This document shows positions 1 to 13,643 of a stretch of 64,000 nucleotides of DNA, piece after piece (position 1 is the stretch's first letter; every line of letters starts with the position of its first letter). Origin of the DNA: Tubulanus polymorphus (Eukaryota; Animalia; Nemertea); assembly GCF_964204645.1 (NCBI RefSeq), contig NC_134031.1:3596001-3660000 (forward strand), given 5' to 3'. The position numbers were made by a program, and so were the translations under genes. The notes beneath the pieces were generated by a model. That model had not been told where the DNA came from and did not search any database. It saw only the letters and a list, made by a program, of their open reading frames with translations.

Positions 1-412
1 CTCATCAATCCAGGATTCATGTGTTTGAATCCTGGTAGTAGCAGTCAGTCAGTCAGTCAGTCTTTCACGTACTGCTCCCTCATCAATCCGGGATTCATGT
101 GTTTGAATCCTGGTGGTAGCAGTCAGTCAGTCTTTCACTGGTCCCTCATCAATCCTGGGTTCATGTGTTTGAATCCTGGTGGTAGCAGTCAGTCAGTCTT
201 TCACTGGTCTCTCATCAATCAAGGGTTCATGTGTTTGAATCCTGGTGGTAGCAGTCAGTCGGTCTTTCACTGGTCTCTCATCAATCCAGGGTTCATGTGT
301 TTGAATCCTGGTGGTGGCAGTCAGTCAGTCTTTCACTGGTCTCTCATCAATCCAGGATTCTGGGTTTGAATCCTAGTGGTAGCAGTCTTTCACTGGCCTC
401 TCATCAATCCAG
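1..412. repeat. 66-bp minisatellite (~6 units visible, runs off the left edge)
   Basis: CTCATCAATC recurs at 1, 79, 145, 211, 277, 343 and 400. The unit contains a CCAGGATTCA-tgtgtt-TGAATCCTGG hairpin (perfect in the first unit). Confidence 0.95.
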
Positions 413-506
413 TGCTGTGGGTAGGTGGTTTTTAAAAGGTTCAAAAAGTCTAGAAAAATATTCGCAAAAAAAATAAGTCATAAATACAAGTAGATATAGA
501 ACTGAC

Positions 507-656
507 CTGAAATATTGGCTGCGACAACCTCCAGTTTGTAACGTGTATAGATTGTATTCGGTTTTAGACGTGGCGATATATTCACCAGATTGCCTTTTAT
601 ATTGTACAGTTTAACGATATCGTTTGGTCCAGCTTCCGCCGCCGTTCGGAATGTTT
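507..656 (-). CDS. PDE9A: PDE9-like cGMP phosphodiesterase, coding exon 2 (gene continues beyond the left edge)
   Basis: tttcag acceptor (657-659) and gtcagt donor (501-506), phase 1/1. Encodes (E)[49 protein letters not shown], which resembles the N-terminal region of PDE9 (human: LFCIATGLPRNTTISLL..VSIDPTMPANSERTPYKV). The catalytic domain is not in the window. Confidence 0.75.
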
Positions 657-1632
657 CTGAAACGACAACAAATTAGAAATCGAACATGAATATGAAACTT
701 CACAATTTCGAAACTAAATCCATAAGGCTGTGAGGCTCCTTTATTACTTGTGTAACAAGGCAAGTTACAACAGTTTCAAAATCAAGGCTTGCCTCGAATT
801 GCGGGGATCCAACTAAAAGACAAAGGTAACTGAAATACAATATAGCATAAGAATAACCACAATATGATATGGAGAATATGTAATAAAAATCCGATATTCA
901 GAATTTACAGAAAATATTTTCTTTAGTTCGTAGTTTTCTAAATGAATATGAGGTAAGACCTAGCACTTGAGTCAAAGTTCATTTTTGAATATTAAATAAA
1001 CCGATCATCATTTTCTGTTTAACTTAGTCCAAAGAAACTCTATTCATTAGAATGACATGAAATATCTGTTAAATCTTGCGCAGTCCCTTCGTTCGAAAAA
1101 CAGTATGAAAATCCACGGAAATAGAAATATTCAGAATAATTGAAAGGATACGTAAAAACCGATCACAAGTTTGTGATATAAAGCCTAACTAAAAAAACAG
1201 TTGAAAATTACTTTAAAGATCCTGAAGTCGCCGTGAAGTGATCGCCGAGAACGAATCAGAACGCATCTAATCGCAGAGTCGTTTCATGAATGAATATCAT
1301 TTCCTGAACGATCACAGTAATAGTAGTTTTATAGTATATACTGACAATAACGCAGCGAGAGATACATTTACAGCTGCTCTATATACATCTCCGGCTGAAT
1401 TTATAGTCAGTCTCGCGATCCCATTCAGTTCATCCGTTCATTTTCGCGGTATCCAGTTTTTGCCGGTGGATATTTTTCTCATGCAACGCAAACGCGGCAG
1501 CAGTTCGGGAAACGCGCAGGAAGGCCAAGAGGAGTCGAGAATAACACGAATAAAACATTCGACAGTGTTTACTGCGAAACATTTCTCGTTCTTTTTCTCA
1601 CCCTACCCCTCAGTCATTCAAAAATCGTGTAC

Positions 1633-1819
<187 letters not shown>

Positions 1820-3199
1820 CCACACCTGGGACAAAAAAGTAAATTTTCAGGCGCACAATAAGGAAAAATGAAGAATTAAAACAATCTTCAGAGGGACAGC
1901 AGAAATTGTTTCAGGGATAGCAATAGATTTTCATTAGCATAAAAAAAAAACCTACCAGGGACAGTGAGGCATTTTCAGGGACAATCCATGACAATTGGCA
2001 GCTCTGATATGTATCGAAACTTGGCTTCTATTTAAGAAAAGTATCAAATTAAACACGTCCTATCAGTAAAATCAGAAGTTCCACATATCCTGAAGAGGAT
2101 ATACATGTACCTGCCACGCGGTAATTTTTACAACAGATTTCTTATTAAAGATCTTTGCTCCCCTCAGTCACTCAACAATCGGCGGCTATCTTATTTGTTT
2201 TGGCACCGGCTTCAAAACAATTCACCTTCTGAGGAAGACAAGCCTCTGGTGTAGTTTGTGGTTATGACAGGTACAGCACTAAACGCAGGTGTCTGTAGTT
2301 TCTCAGAACTATCCCATTATTCCCTCAAGCTGTATTTTCTCGGGACAAGGCAAATATTTTTTTTACCGGGAACTGCAGTTTCTATTGCGTCGTTCTTCGA
2401 AAATTCATCCCTTATGACTCGACCGATCGAGTGAACCCTACTACAGTCAGACGTTCAAAAAGTGTTATGAAACCGTTCGAAATTTAGTCTGTTCCTAGTT
2501 CGAATGGATAAAGCATTCATACGAGTCCAGTCTAAATTGGTCCATTCCATTTTAGACCGATCCATTCTAGATCTTAGAAGCTGTGTTCGCACAAGCATTT
2601 TTGGCCCGTGACAAACAACTACTATTCACATGGGTGCCAAATGGGCCCGTGTCCGTCTGGCTCAACCAAGAACGTCGGAACAGGCCGAGCCAAATTTAAG
2701 CGTTTGAATTGTAACTGGTTCCAGAAGTGACCCACTTCGATTTGTTTAAGCATTGTTTAGTATCGAGTGAATAGTTTACGTGTAAACATGCCCTCTAATA
2801 AGCGACGGGCAAAATTTGACTCAGGGGGGCCTGATCCTGGGCCATATCGTCTCGGCTTAAATCAAGCACATTATTATTAGTATAAAAGAAGCATCTCGCT
2901 CGACGGCAGACGTTGTTCCAGTTCCTACAGATCGATCAATGTGTTGTTCGTTTGCATCGCGTTGATTTCGTCGAGTGTTTGAAATGTCGATCGTTAAACG
3001 GTAATTACTGTTCTCCGCAGATGAGCGTCTCGTCGTCGAGTAGTCGCCGCAAACGTTGTAAACATCAACGGAATCACCTCGAACTATTAGGCGTGTCCCT
3101 GATGGCGCAGTTGTTTCCGCCGAGTTGCATTTTGTCCCAGTGCCTGGGTGCAACGGATAAACTTGGAATTGGTTGTAATTCATCCATTGTTCAATTTAA

Positions 3200-3462
3200 C
3201 CCTTTCAGTGCTGACTAACCAATCCAACCCTATAGTGCTAGAGATAATTTGAAAAATTCCGCCCTGTTGTGTTGAATAACGGGAATACCACTATAGTGCG
3301 TCTACACCGCGGCGCGGTGTATCGTTAGTTACTAATATTTCACTATGTTTGACAGTGATAGTGAACTAATAATTAATTACATCAATACACTGCAGTGCGG
3401 TGTACTAGCAAAATACATCACCAATTCGTACACCGCACTGCGGTGTACACGCACTGAAAGGG
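3200..3462. mobile_element. piggyBac-type non-autonomous element (MITE family A)
   Basis: TTAA|CCCTTTCAGTGC...GCACTGAAAGGG|TTAA: 12-bp TIRs and TTAA target duplication; internal palindromes TACACCGCA(C/G)TGCGGTGTA. Confidence 0.9.
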
Positions 3463-4500
3463 TTAAGCCTTTCAATTTAAAAAAGTGACCCTCCAGAATT
3501 CTAAAGTATTTTTTGAAGTAGAAACACGAAACATTACATCATGAGGATTATCATTTGTTGCAATCATCCAAGTGTTTTACTGAAACACTTACTTACAATT
3601 ACTGAAACCAACAACCCATCCCCGCCCCTGTTTGTCACAGCGAGCGCAAATCCGCGGAGTTAAAAACTAATAAGGAACGTTAAGAGATCTCACCGACATC
3701 TGCCGCCACCGCGCCGAGTAGCCGATGATTACCATAAACAGTGTTCAGATGTAATATCACTCTCACCCGGTGACTGATCAATCATTACTGCGCCGACCAA
3801 ACGCTCGCGATATCTTAAAACACTCGCTCGAAACCGGTCGCTAATCTGATCTTCATTTTTCAGACGTCGAGTCGGGTCCATTGTCGCGGCGCGCTGCTCG
3901 GTCGATGTCCATCTACATAACGAATCAGGTGGTCATTTATTCGCACACGTCTGACCAGACGCGAGATTATTATGATGTATCGCCGCATGTTTTTGTACGT
4001 CGAAAGATTGATAATTGCGGACGTTTGATCGCAGTTACGGGCTTCTCATTTCCGATGACCTATCGACGCGATCGTTATACGACGAATCAAGACTTTCTTC
4101 GAACGTCATTTTTTCCGTCACTAATACAACTAATGGCCGAACCGCGTATATCCACTCTCCGAGGCGGACAAATAATTTCTCGATGACTTTCTCCCAATTG
4201 CTCTGTCCATTCAGGCCTTACTTAAATTACTAAGAGTACAGAATTTTTGCAGGAGGAACAAGATGGGAGGGTAAAGGGAAAAAATCACCATAAAAATCTT
4301 TTTTCTTATTTTCAAAAATAGAAAATAACAGGGAAGATAGAACTTTCGTTTATTCAAGTATTTTTCAGACAGTCATTTAGGAGAAACAAGGTACCAATTC
4401 GTTTGAGCCTCAGAAGACTTTCGGTTGAACCATCGATCAATCACTCGCTTCGATTTCCGGGTTATTCGAAAATTCACTGGCATCGAGCCCGGACATATAA

Positions 4501-4733
4501 GCCGCGATCACACGAGCATTTTTGGCCCGTGCCAAAAACGTCAGACCAGGCCCGAGCCAATTTTAGCACCAGACAAATGATTGCGTTTGAATTGCAACTG
4601 GTACCGGAAATGATCCACTTGTTTGGGCATTGTTTAGTATCGAGTGAATGGTTTGCGTGTGAACGCGCTCTCTCATTAGGCACGGGCCAAATTTTGCCCG
4701 AGCCTGATCCGTGTCAATTTAGCCGATCGCGGC
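4501..4733. mobile_element. MITE family D (GCCGCGATCACAC TIR, probably PIF/Harbinger-type); representative copy
   Basis: TIR GCCGCGATCACACG...GATCGCGGC with AAATTTGGCCCG subrepeats. Related copies at about 2578-2857, 11387-11690, 13669-13840, 14675-14986, 15755-15945, 17815-18130, 21942-22060, 22630-22915, 26190-26420, 61193-61250 and 63864-63925. Confidence 0.75.
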
Positions 4734-7589
4734 TACAGGCCTACAGAGAATCACGATATCGAATATCGCGAAAACTTTCCTCACCGAATACAGAAAGCCA
4801 TTTCATCATCGAACGGAAGGATAGAGGGGACGTTAACACACAACTCGTTTCTATGGTTTCATCGATATCTCCGGGCAAACAACAACAAAATTCCATCTTC
4901 TCATTCCCCCGACGACGACGCGGAGACAAAAAACTTTTTTCCTGAAACATTTCTTAGAAATTCTGTGTCGCCGCGACACAGGAGTTTGACGATGCTGGCC
5001 AATAGAATGAAAGATGGGTAGGAAGTGAAGAGAGGTAGTGAAGGGAGAGGTAGTGCCGAGGCGTAGGGAGTCATGAGGGAAGAAGAGGCAGGAAGAAAGG
5101 GAAAGAGAGAGGCGGGAAGAGTTGGGAGGTAAAGGGCAAAATACGGGGAGAGAGCAACAGGGAGTTAATGAAATGGAAAAGGATGGAGTGAGAGAAAGAG
5201 GGGGCAAGGAGTGACAGGGAGCACGAGGGAGTGAGAAACAGAGTTGAGTTAAATTCTGCCCGTAATAGAACAGTGCGGTAGTTATAAATCAGAGCCCGTT
5301 TTACTGGAGTTGCTGCTCTTTACCGATAAACGCAGCAGAAACTTTCAATCTGGTTAGAAACAAAGACCAGTATTCAGCAGGAAGATCTCGCAGCAGCAGC
5401 AGCAGCAATAGCAATATAGCGATTGATGACTGACAAATTAGACAAATGATTGATTGACAGACCGTGAAATGTGGGGAGCGGCCCGCCGGCCGGGGAGCTC
5501 ATTGAGGATTGTATAACTGTATATACACGCTGGTTGAGTGATAAAGTCATCTATAATGATTCTACAAACTATTGACGAGGACGAACAGAGATAGAAAGAA
5601 ATACACAAATATTACTGATTGTTCAACTGCAAAAAAAAATGCAGGAAAAAAGACCGCAGAAGATTGGGGATACCCTATTGGGAACCACTGATTGTTCGGT
5701 TCTGCAAGAACTTACCGTTCCTACAAAACCAGGATCACACGATGATGATTTGGCCAGGGCCTAACTGGGCTTAACCACTTACTCATAACTAAAATGTTAT
5801 CGAAATGATGCTGTGGTGAGGTGAATCACTTCCAGCACCACAGGAGAATTTGACCTATACCAAAATTTGGTTCAGGCCTGACCCGACATATTTGGTTGAG
5901 AGCCAAATTTGACCGGGTCAAACAAGCAGGGGCTATTTGGTGCTGGTGTGAACAGTTGGTGCAGATCAGTAACGTTAATGTGGCTAATCACGGCTATTAT
6001 GGGCATTTTGGATCTCTGAATATCGCTGCGAACGTAAACTGAATTTGAGAAATTTGACAAAGACGACTTGATGTTTGAAAGAAGAATTGAAAGAAGAATT
6101 CAAACGGCATCAGCATCACATCAGCATTAACATCTAATCATCCATCGACAACGATATTAACAATCTAATAAGTTTGAACAGAATCGGTGTTGGCGATGAA
6201 TCTTTTGATCTCGTACGTATATTAATATCTGACAGGATATTAGCTGAACAGCAGCCGTAAAGCTGTGTCAATGTTTTATAGCGACGACGTTTTGTTATTT
6301 ACCTGATGAGGTATAGCGCTGTAATCAATCCTCAAACGCCGATGTCTCCATAGCAAAGATTTGTAAAACGACGACGGGAACTCGTTAAATACATAGGAGA
6401 TGTAGACAAAAGATGATTTGTTGTAGGGCCGGATTTTAGAGTGAGTGTAACAGGATAGCAAGTCTGATTGAGAAAAACATTGAAGAAATGCAAGGAATAA
6501 TTCATTTTTGGAAAATAATGATTTTCAATGCAGGATATGCCATCTAAAAGCATCATTTCAAAAAAACGCTCCGTGGATCCCTGCGACAAAAATTTCATTT
6601 TTATTTTAAGTGCGCCCCCTTAAAAAATCTTATTGCACACTTGGGCTAATCAGGCAGGCTTTCATCTCGTGGCAGTCTAGGGAGAGGGAGAGAGGGAGGT
6701 GAGGAGAGGGAGAGGAGGAGAAGGAGAGAACGAGAGAGCCGTGTCCTTTAAAAAAAATACGTAAATAGTCCTGCCCAATTCGATATAACTGAAAAAGCCT
6801 GCTACTGTTTTGCGAAGCCGATGCAAGAGTTAGTAATGAATATACCACTGTCAATCAGACCTGCTCACTTGTTTCATGTGTAAATACATCAGTGTTTACA
6901 CGATGTGCCAAAGTTAATAATTGCCCTTACATTTGCACTATACACCACGAACTAAGAAGTTATGTGCGTAGCCTTTTGAATGGCATGTTCAATTCTTAAC
7001 AGAGTGGTGCCTCAACTTACTTGTTGCAGAAAAGTAATCCATGCAATACTACATTAAGTGTCAAAATTAATTGCACTTACATTCCACTACAGCCTAGAAA
7101 TAAACACCGAACAGTCAATCTGTCTTGACTGCGTGCGTTGTTCAGAAACAAGAAACACTTTTCACCGAGACGCTTATTGGTTATGCGCAACATTAGATTG
7201 CTGTGCCTGATTTAAAGTATCCAAACAAGAAACACCGATAATACACAATAGCCGATCAGAGACGAGACGGGCAGACCCCACAACTGAACAAAATCACCAC
7301 CATTTTGAAAATCATACTTGTGAGCCGGAAGTTTGTTTCAATATGTTTCTTGTTTCTCTGTATGAGATAATGAATGAACTAAACATTGAAAAATGCAATT
7401 TCTAACAAAAAGTCTTCAGTATGAATGACATCTTCAGTTCCCTGGCAAAAAGGACAATGATTGGGTGAGTTTGGGATCTTCGTCTTATAATTTTCATTCT
7501 TGGGGTCAGTGGCTCAAAAGTTTGTTAGAGTCAACCAGTGATAGTTGACTAAGTGAGAAATTTAATTGCACTTCTACCATCAGGATTAA

Positions 7590-7835
7590 CCCTTTCAGTG
7601 CTGACTAATCAATACCCTATAGTGCTGGAAATAATTTGAACATTATGAAAAATTCCGCCCTAGTGTGTTGAATAACGGGAATACCACTATAGTGCGTATA
7701 CACCACTAGGTGCTGCCATCTTTCAATAGAGATAAAAACTAATTACTAATTACATCAATACACTGCAGTGCGGTGTACTAGGAAAATCCATCACCGATTC
7801 GTACATCGCACTGCGGTGTAGACGCACTGAAAGGG
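7590..7835. mobile_element. piggyBac-type MITE family A, nested in a GGGGCCAGT-type MITE (~7501-7864)
   Basis: Same TIRs and TTAA TSD as 3200-3462; the flanks are halves of the host element. Confidence 0.9.
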
Positions 7836-9557
7836 TTAACCAACTTCCGAGCAAATGGGTCCTGTCTTACTAAGACCTTAGCGACCACACCCCATTAGTG
7901 TTGATTGGACAGAAATGTATTTACATTATGACCAATATCAGTGATATGTACGTCAGGTAACCTTTTTACGACCGCGTCTCTCAGGAGTTCCACGTATGCT
8001 CATTTTAGTGACATGAAATGCAGCAGATCATTTGACTTACGTATCCTGTTTGTCCGGTTTATACCCGACTCAAGAGACAGGTTTCCACATATATTTGAAC
8101 TGTATGTGACATTAAAGCAGTTATTTATAGTAACAACTCACTGTGTACCGCTCTAAACTATTGTCAGCAGCAGCGTCCCGCTGAAGACACCTCCTCAGCA
8201 ATCTACAGACCTCCCGTGCTTTATAATGACACAATCTCTGGTAACATGATACGTGTATATACTGCGATAGTTAAGTGGTTAGATATGTCAATGCCCTTTC
8301 AGAGGATAGGTAATGTACCGGTGGACGCTTTAAAACTTTGAAAATCGAAAGTATCAAAATAGAAATTCCATTGTGGACCTTTCACGAATTTTATTAGTCA
8401 AATATGTCAAAGCCCTTTAAGAGGATAGGCTGTACTTGGTGACCATTTAGAACTTTAGAATTGAAAGTATTAAAATAGAAATATCATTGTGGACCTTTCG
8501 GGAGTTAGATTTGATCAATGTCAAAAATGCGTCAAAGCCCTTTCAGAGGATAAGTTATGTACTAGTGACTGGAAGATCAAATGCGTTAAACTACAAATAT
8601 CAATTCCTTTGGGGATCTTTCATGAGTTAGATTTTTTGATAAGCCCTACACTAAAAACTGCATCGCTGGATAGAATCTCAGTGATCTATGCATTCATAGC
8701 GATAACAACGTTCTTAATACATCAATTTGCAGCAAAATTCTTCACGAAAAAGTCCTTAAAATCTTAAATATTCCGTAAACGGATGCGTTTATTCACGAGA
8801 AACCTTCATTCCTTCATTCCATGATATAATGAAGATCTGATTAGCATCATTAATCAGGCTGTAACCGGTAGACGGGTAATTTGCGCGCCCGAACAGCCAT
8901 CGCGCGTTGACCATTCTAGTCATCACGTTCGTGCACCCTTACTCCTTAAAAATATCGCCATTCGACAAACTTCACGTTAAGTGAAAAAAAAAATCTACAC
9001 CACTCGCCATTCATTGAAAAAGTCACGTAGTTACGCATTACGAAATGAGAGCCGGTTTTTAAAAAAAGATTTCGATATCTTTCACGCGTCTGCCCGGCCG
9101 TTCATTCGCTCGTTCGTTCAAAAAGTCACGTAGTAACCAAACGTACGTAAGCACAGCGAACAATTCACGATCTATTTCCGCAGTGGAACTCGTAAAGAGA
9201 GAACTATCCACTCGAAGCGATTAGCTAAATGTAATTCTATCGAGAGCGCCGATAAGCGCTTCATTTCTATTCGCGATAATGGGTTTATTTTTCGCGAACG
9301 TTCATTGTGCGTTTATCGATCGATCGAGATTTTTTACGCAATCGAGAAACAAATATTTATTCAAATCTCGAGACGACGATTCAGCTCGACGATGACGGAG
9401 ACGCCTTGATCTCGAAACGAAATCCCCGATTGTTCGTTTTATCGGAGTGTAAAGTTTAAAAGCATTTTTTTTTCATGAGGAACGGCGGCCACGATTTCAC
9501 GAGAAAAGAAAACCATTTTTCATCTCGAGATCACGTGGAAGTAAGTTATTCGATTAA

Positions 9558-9706
9558 CCCTTTCAATGCATCTACACCGTGGTGCGGTGTATAAATCACT
9601 GATGGACTTTGCTACTAGTACCCCGCATCTGAGTGTACTATTCTCTATTGAAAGATGGCAGCACCTGTCAGCACTGGTCAAACATTGTGACTTAGTAACT
9701 TATAAA
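9558..9706. mobile_element. Truncated piggyBac MITE family A
   Basis: One TIR (TTAACCCTTTCAATGC) plus internal family-A sequence, interrupted by another repeat (~9707-10107, with related copies near 2480-2580 and 14049-14140). Confidence 0.7.
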
Positions 9707-12700
9707 ACACTATCCCTAGTTAGTCCATTCTAATTTGACCCATACCGGGGATGGACCAATTTAGAATGGACCAAATCAGTGCTCATATGTTCAAACATGT
9801 TTTTAAATCAGTCGTGATGACTGGTCCCATTAGATGCAAGTATGAATACGCGATTGAGAGGATACAAGACCAAAGTGTCCATTCACACACATACAGAAAT
9901 GGTCCGTTCTAAAATTCAGAATGGACCTGGACCGGTCGATCAGAATGGACCTTTGCTATTAATGTCAATTTTTGACCTTAGCAAAATAACGTATTGTAAA
10001 ATTTTCCGTGAAATAAAGCTATATATATATTTTAAAAAAAAACCTGGACCAGTCTTTTTGGTCGGAACAAACCAACCAGGTCTAAAATGGATTGGAATAG
10101 ACCAGTAGCACGGTATCTATCTCTGTGTCTTCTTGTACATAGCTTGACATGTACTGTCACTAGACTCACACAATGACCTCTCTATGGTTTAGTTTCATGA
10201 TCGGATATTTTCACGAATGGAAAGGTCGATGTATTAATTAACGAGTATGTTCACGACGATAACGTCATCGTTGTAGCTGGCAAGGTCGGCGTCGGCGCTC
10301 ACGGCTGAACGGACGGAACATCGCGTCGTCGACGACGATGATCGACGACTCGAAGGACGAATTCATCATAAAACTGATGACAACTCGCAACGAACACGCC
10401 GACGACGCCGACTTTCGAATCTCGACGAAAATTAATTTCGTTTCGATCGTCGCGTCGAGAAGAAGATTCTGCCTCGGTTAACTTTAACCAAATGATGAAC
10501 GAAAACACAGATTCACGATGACGATGACGACGATGACGATGATGATGACGATGATGTATCATCGGATATTCAATTGTTAAACGTTTCCTTCTCGTGCGAA
10601 ATGTCAGATGTTTGGTTGAAAATTGGGTCAGCAGTCTGGCACAGATTCTACAGATTCTAAAAACCGTGTCGCAAGAATAATCAGTAATATGATATAACAT
10701 AATGCACAGATATTTGTTAACGCTATGTCATAGCAGTGACCAGAAAGACCAACGTTTCTTTCTATGGTGGGCATTCTGGAGCCGCCCATCGATTTCACAA
10801 AACAACATTGTTATTTTCGATATTCTAGGAGTCACCCATATCATATCATCTAACAACCTAAGACCAGTCTTAAGATTTGTCTAAACATTTAAGACCACTT
10901 TTGGACTGAAGCCACGACCGCGAAACTGGGGCCTATTGAAAATGATAACTAGAAATGTAATGCGTCACGAGATATGATAACGGTAAGCTATCGATAATGG
11001 TAACAGGTCAGCGGCTGGCGCGCGCGCGCGGGGACGCATGTGGTATACAGGTAAATGAATGGTCATCGGCGTGATCTGATAAACTCACTTACACGCAAAT
11101 ATAGATGTAGAAAGCTAATGACCGAGTGCAGTTAAGTAGGTGTACTCAGATCTCCAAGTTAAAACTACTGTTACCTCGTGAACTTGCTGATTAATCAAAT
11201 TACAAATCCGTATAAGGGTTTGCGATTAGCCATTAGCGCACACGGCGCAACCGAAAGACATTCCCTACAGGGCAGCTAAAACTGCCAGTTGCACAGTTGT
11301 GACTGAAGTCCAAAAGTGGTCTGAAATCATGTGACGAGTCAGTCCTCAGTTGTTAGATGCTAGTTTTTAGTTGGTATAAGATATAAAGCCGTGATCACAC
11401 AGAGACGATTTCGCCCGGGTTGGCCCGGATCTTGCCCGAGTCAAATTCGGCCTGTGCCTAATTAGAAAGCGCGTTCACATATAAACCACTCACTCGATAC
11501 TAAACAATGCTTAAACAAAGTGAAGTGAATCTCATCCAGAACCAGTTACTATTCATACAGAATAATTTAACCCGTGCTAAAATTTGGCATGGGCGTGGTC
11601 CATTTTTGGTCGGGCAAAATTTGGCCAAACGGGCACAGGCCCATTTGGCAACTGCATAAACAGTTTTTCCGGGCAAAAAATGCTTGCTATAGTCTCAAAT
11701 GTAACTTGGCTTCGAGTTTTCGACGACAGGCTTTATTCACACACACAATTGGTCCTTTATGAAATTGAATTTAGTTCGTTCGATCAGCTTAACCATGGAC
11801 ATATAAACTAGATTGACAATCATATAATCTAGTTTATACGTCCATGGCTTAACTAAGTACATTCTAAACTGTTGAAAAATAAAAATTGAAATGCAGAATA
11901 AATTTAGAAGGATCTAGATAACGTAGTGTAAATGAAGCCATAGGGGATTTACTAGGCGGCCATCTTTAATCGACGCATATCGTACTTGACCGAATGATCA
12001 GATGCTGTAATTCATTACACGCGTGACCTCGTGACCTTGTCATCTCGTTTACCGATTCTGATCCGTATCCAGTCATAAAACGACATCAACCGGATAACTT
12101 GATTATCGCGTGAAGGCGACATCGTCTTATCTCCTCTCATCGGGTGCTATCCCTCGCACGCGCGCGCACACGGAGAAACTTATCGTAAAGTTTTATCCGC
12201 GCGCTACGAGCGGCCTCGTAATAAAAGGCAAATCTCGTCGAAGATGATGAGATTTCAATCGGATTTCAATCGCGCGACGCTATCATCAGTTGACTTTTGA
12301 ACGACGACGACGACGGGCGGACGAGAATCGAGAAAAAAACAACAACGGCAATGGTAATAATATCCGTCGAGGTGATGGAGAATAATTCCTTTGATCATCG
12401 AACGGTAAGAGGCCGATTTAACACTTCAACATCAGACGATCTCGCTTTAAAGACATCGACGAACGAAGAAAATAAATTTGCAAGTCAAGTGGAGACGATC
12501 AGTCGCGGCGTCGAGGACCGCGCGCGTACGCGAGAATCAAGCATCCGTAAGAATTGAAAAGGGGCGAATCTGGAGGATTTTATCACGAGATTTACGTAAT
12601 ACCCTTAATATTTCGACTACCCTTCGAATATTTCATCAGCGACGAACCTAACGAACGTAATTTCAAAAAAATGTCCTCATTTTGCTTTTTTTCAAATATT

Positions 12701-13510
12701 TCTATATTTTTAAAGTTGTTTTGTCAATTTGAAAGATCTAAAATAGCAATGATCATAAACTGTTGACATCGTTTCAGCGACTGATTCTTTATTCGGTCAA
12801 GATCAGGACCATCTTAATTATTCACCCTGAAAACGAGGCTATTTCCTAAAACCTCGATATTGGTATACAGAGAAAACTTGCCCTCCTCCCGACACAATCG
12901 AAAACCAACGCTTTGGTTCCTCTTTTTTTCAAAGAAAGCGCCAACGACCACGAAACTGCGTAAGTAACGGATAGACGAGTTTCGTCGAGTAGCTTTCATC
13001 ATCGCCAGCCGAAAACATCTCTCTAAATCGATGAAATATCTCCGGTATCATCGGCACAACATGATTACGCAACGGTTAAATAGCGCGCACGCGGCATCTC
13101 CGTCGACGATTAGTAAATGCTCGTTTTTTTTATCGCTGTTCGTTTGACGTTTGACGACACCGTCTGAATACGCAATATTTCCTCCGATCGATCGGCCGCA
13201 TTTTTCTTCTAATTTCCAGCAAATATACAATAAAGGCAATATTCGTTATGTTCGATTATATACGAACACGCACGCGTGACCGAGCGCGACATCGTCGAAT
13301 ATCGCACGCAATATCGCCATGTTTCCTGTATAATCCGTTACGACTTTCCGGTTTATCGTCAAACACTTCGACTTGTCGTCGTCGTCGTCATCGTTGTCGT
13401 CGTCGTCGTCCTCGTTTACAGCGATGAAACGTCGATAGTTTTGTCATTCCGAGAAATTTGGAAAGTTTTTGGCATGAATTTTAGTTTTTCGGTTTCTGCA
13501 TAACTGGGTT

Positions 13511-13643
13511 CTGGGGCCAGTTGCTGAAAAGTTAATCAAAGATAACCGGCTGATAAATACCATAGTAATGATGAACTTCTCACTTGATACATGTCAACTA
13601 TCCACTGGTTAACTCTAACCAACCTTTGGCCAACTGACCCCAG
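13511..13643. mobile_element. MITE family B (GGGGCCAGTT TIR, CWG-flanked; PIF/Harbinger-like); representative copy
   Basis: CTGGGGCCAGTTG...CAACTGACCCCAG. Related elements near 7501-7864, 10840-10935, 11283-11370, 18370-18800, 22067-22190, 27000-27150, 42025-42166, 47515-47620 and 60657-61064. Confidence 0.7.

Noticed and set aside
19-369. 116-aa repetitive ORF
   Set aside because: Product of the 66-bp (multiple of 3) minisatellite; lies antisense within a PDE9 intron and has no protein features.
4403-4945. 180-aa ORF and similar ORFs at 14625-14906, 11574-11811 and 17987-18544
   Set aside because: They run through MITE family D/B copies and have no transposase or other motifs.
5000-5250. 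Purine-rich tract (also 6680-6740)
   Set aside because: Low-complexity GA-rich sequence; the 118-aa minus-strand ORF is compositional.
10299-10700. His/Arg-rich 133-aa ORF
   Set aside because: Low-complexity (GAT/GAC)n tract; no splice or homology support.
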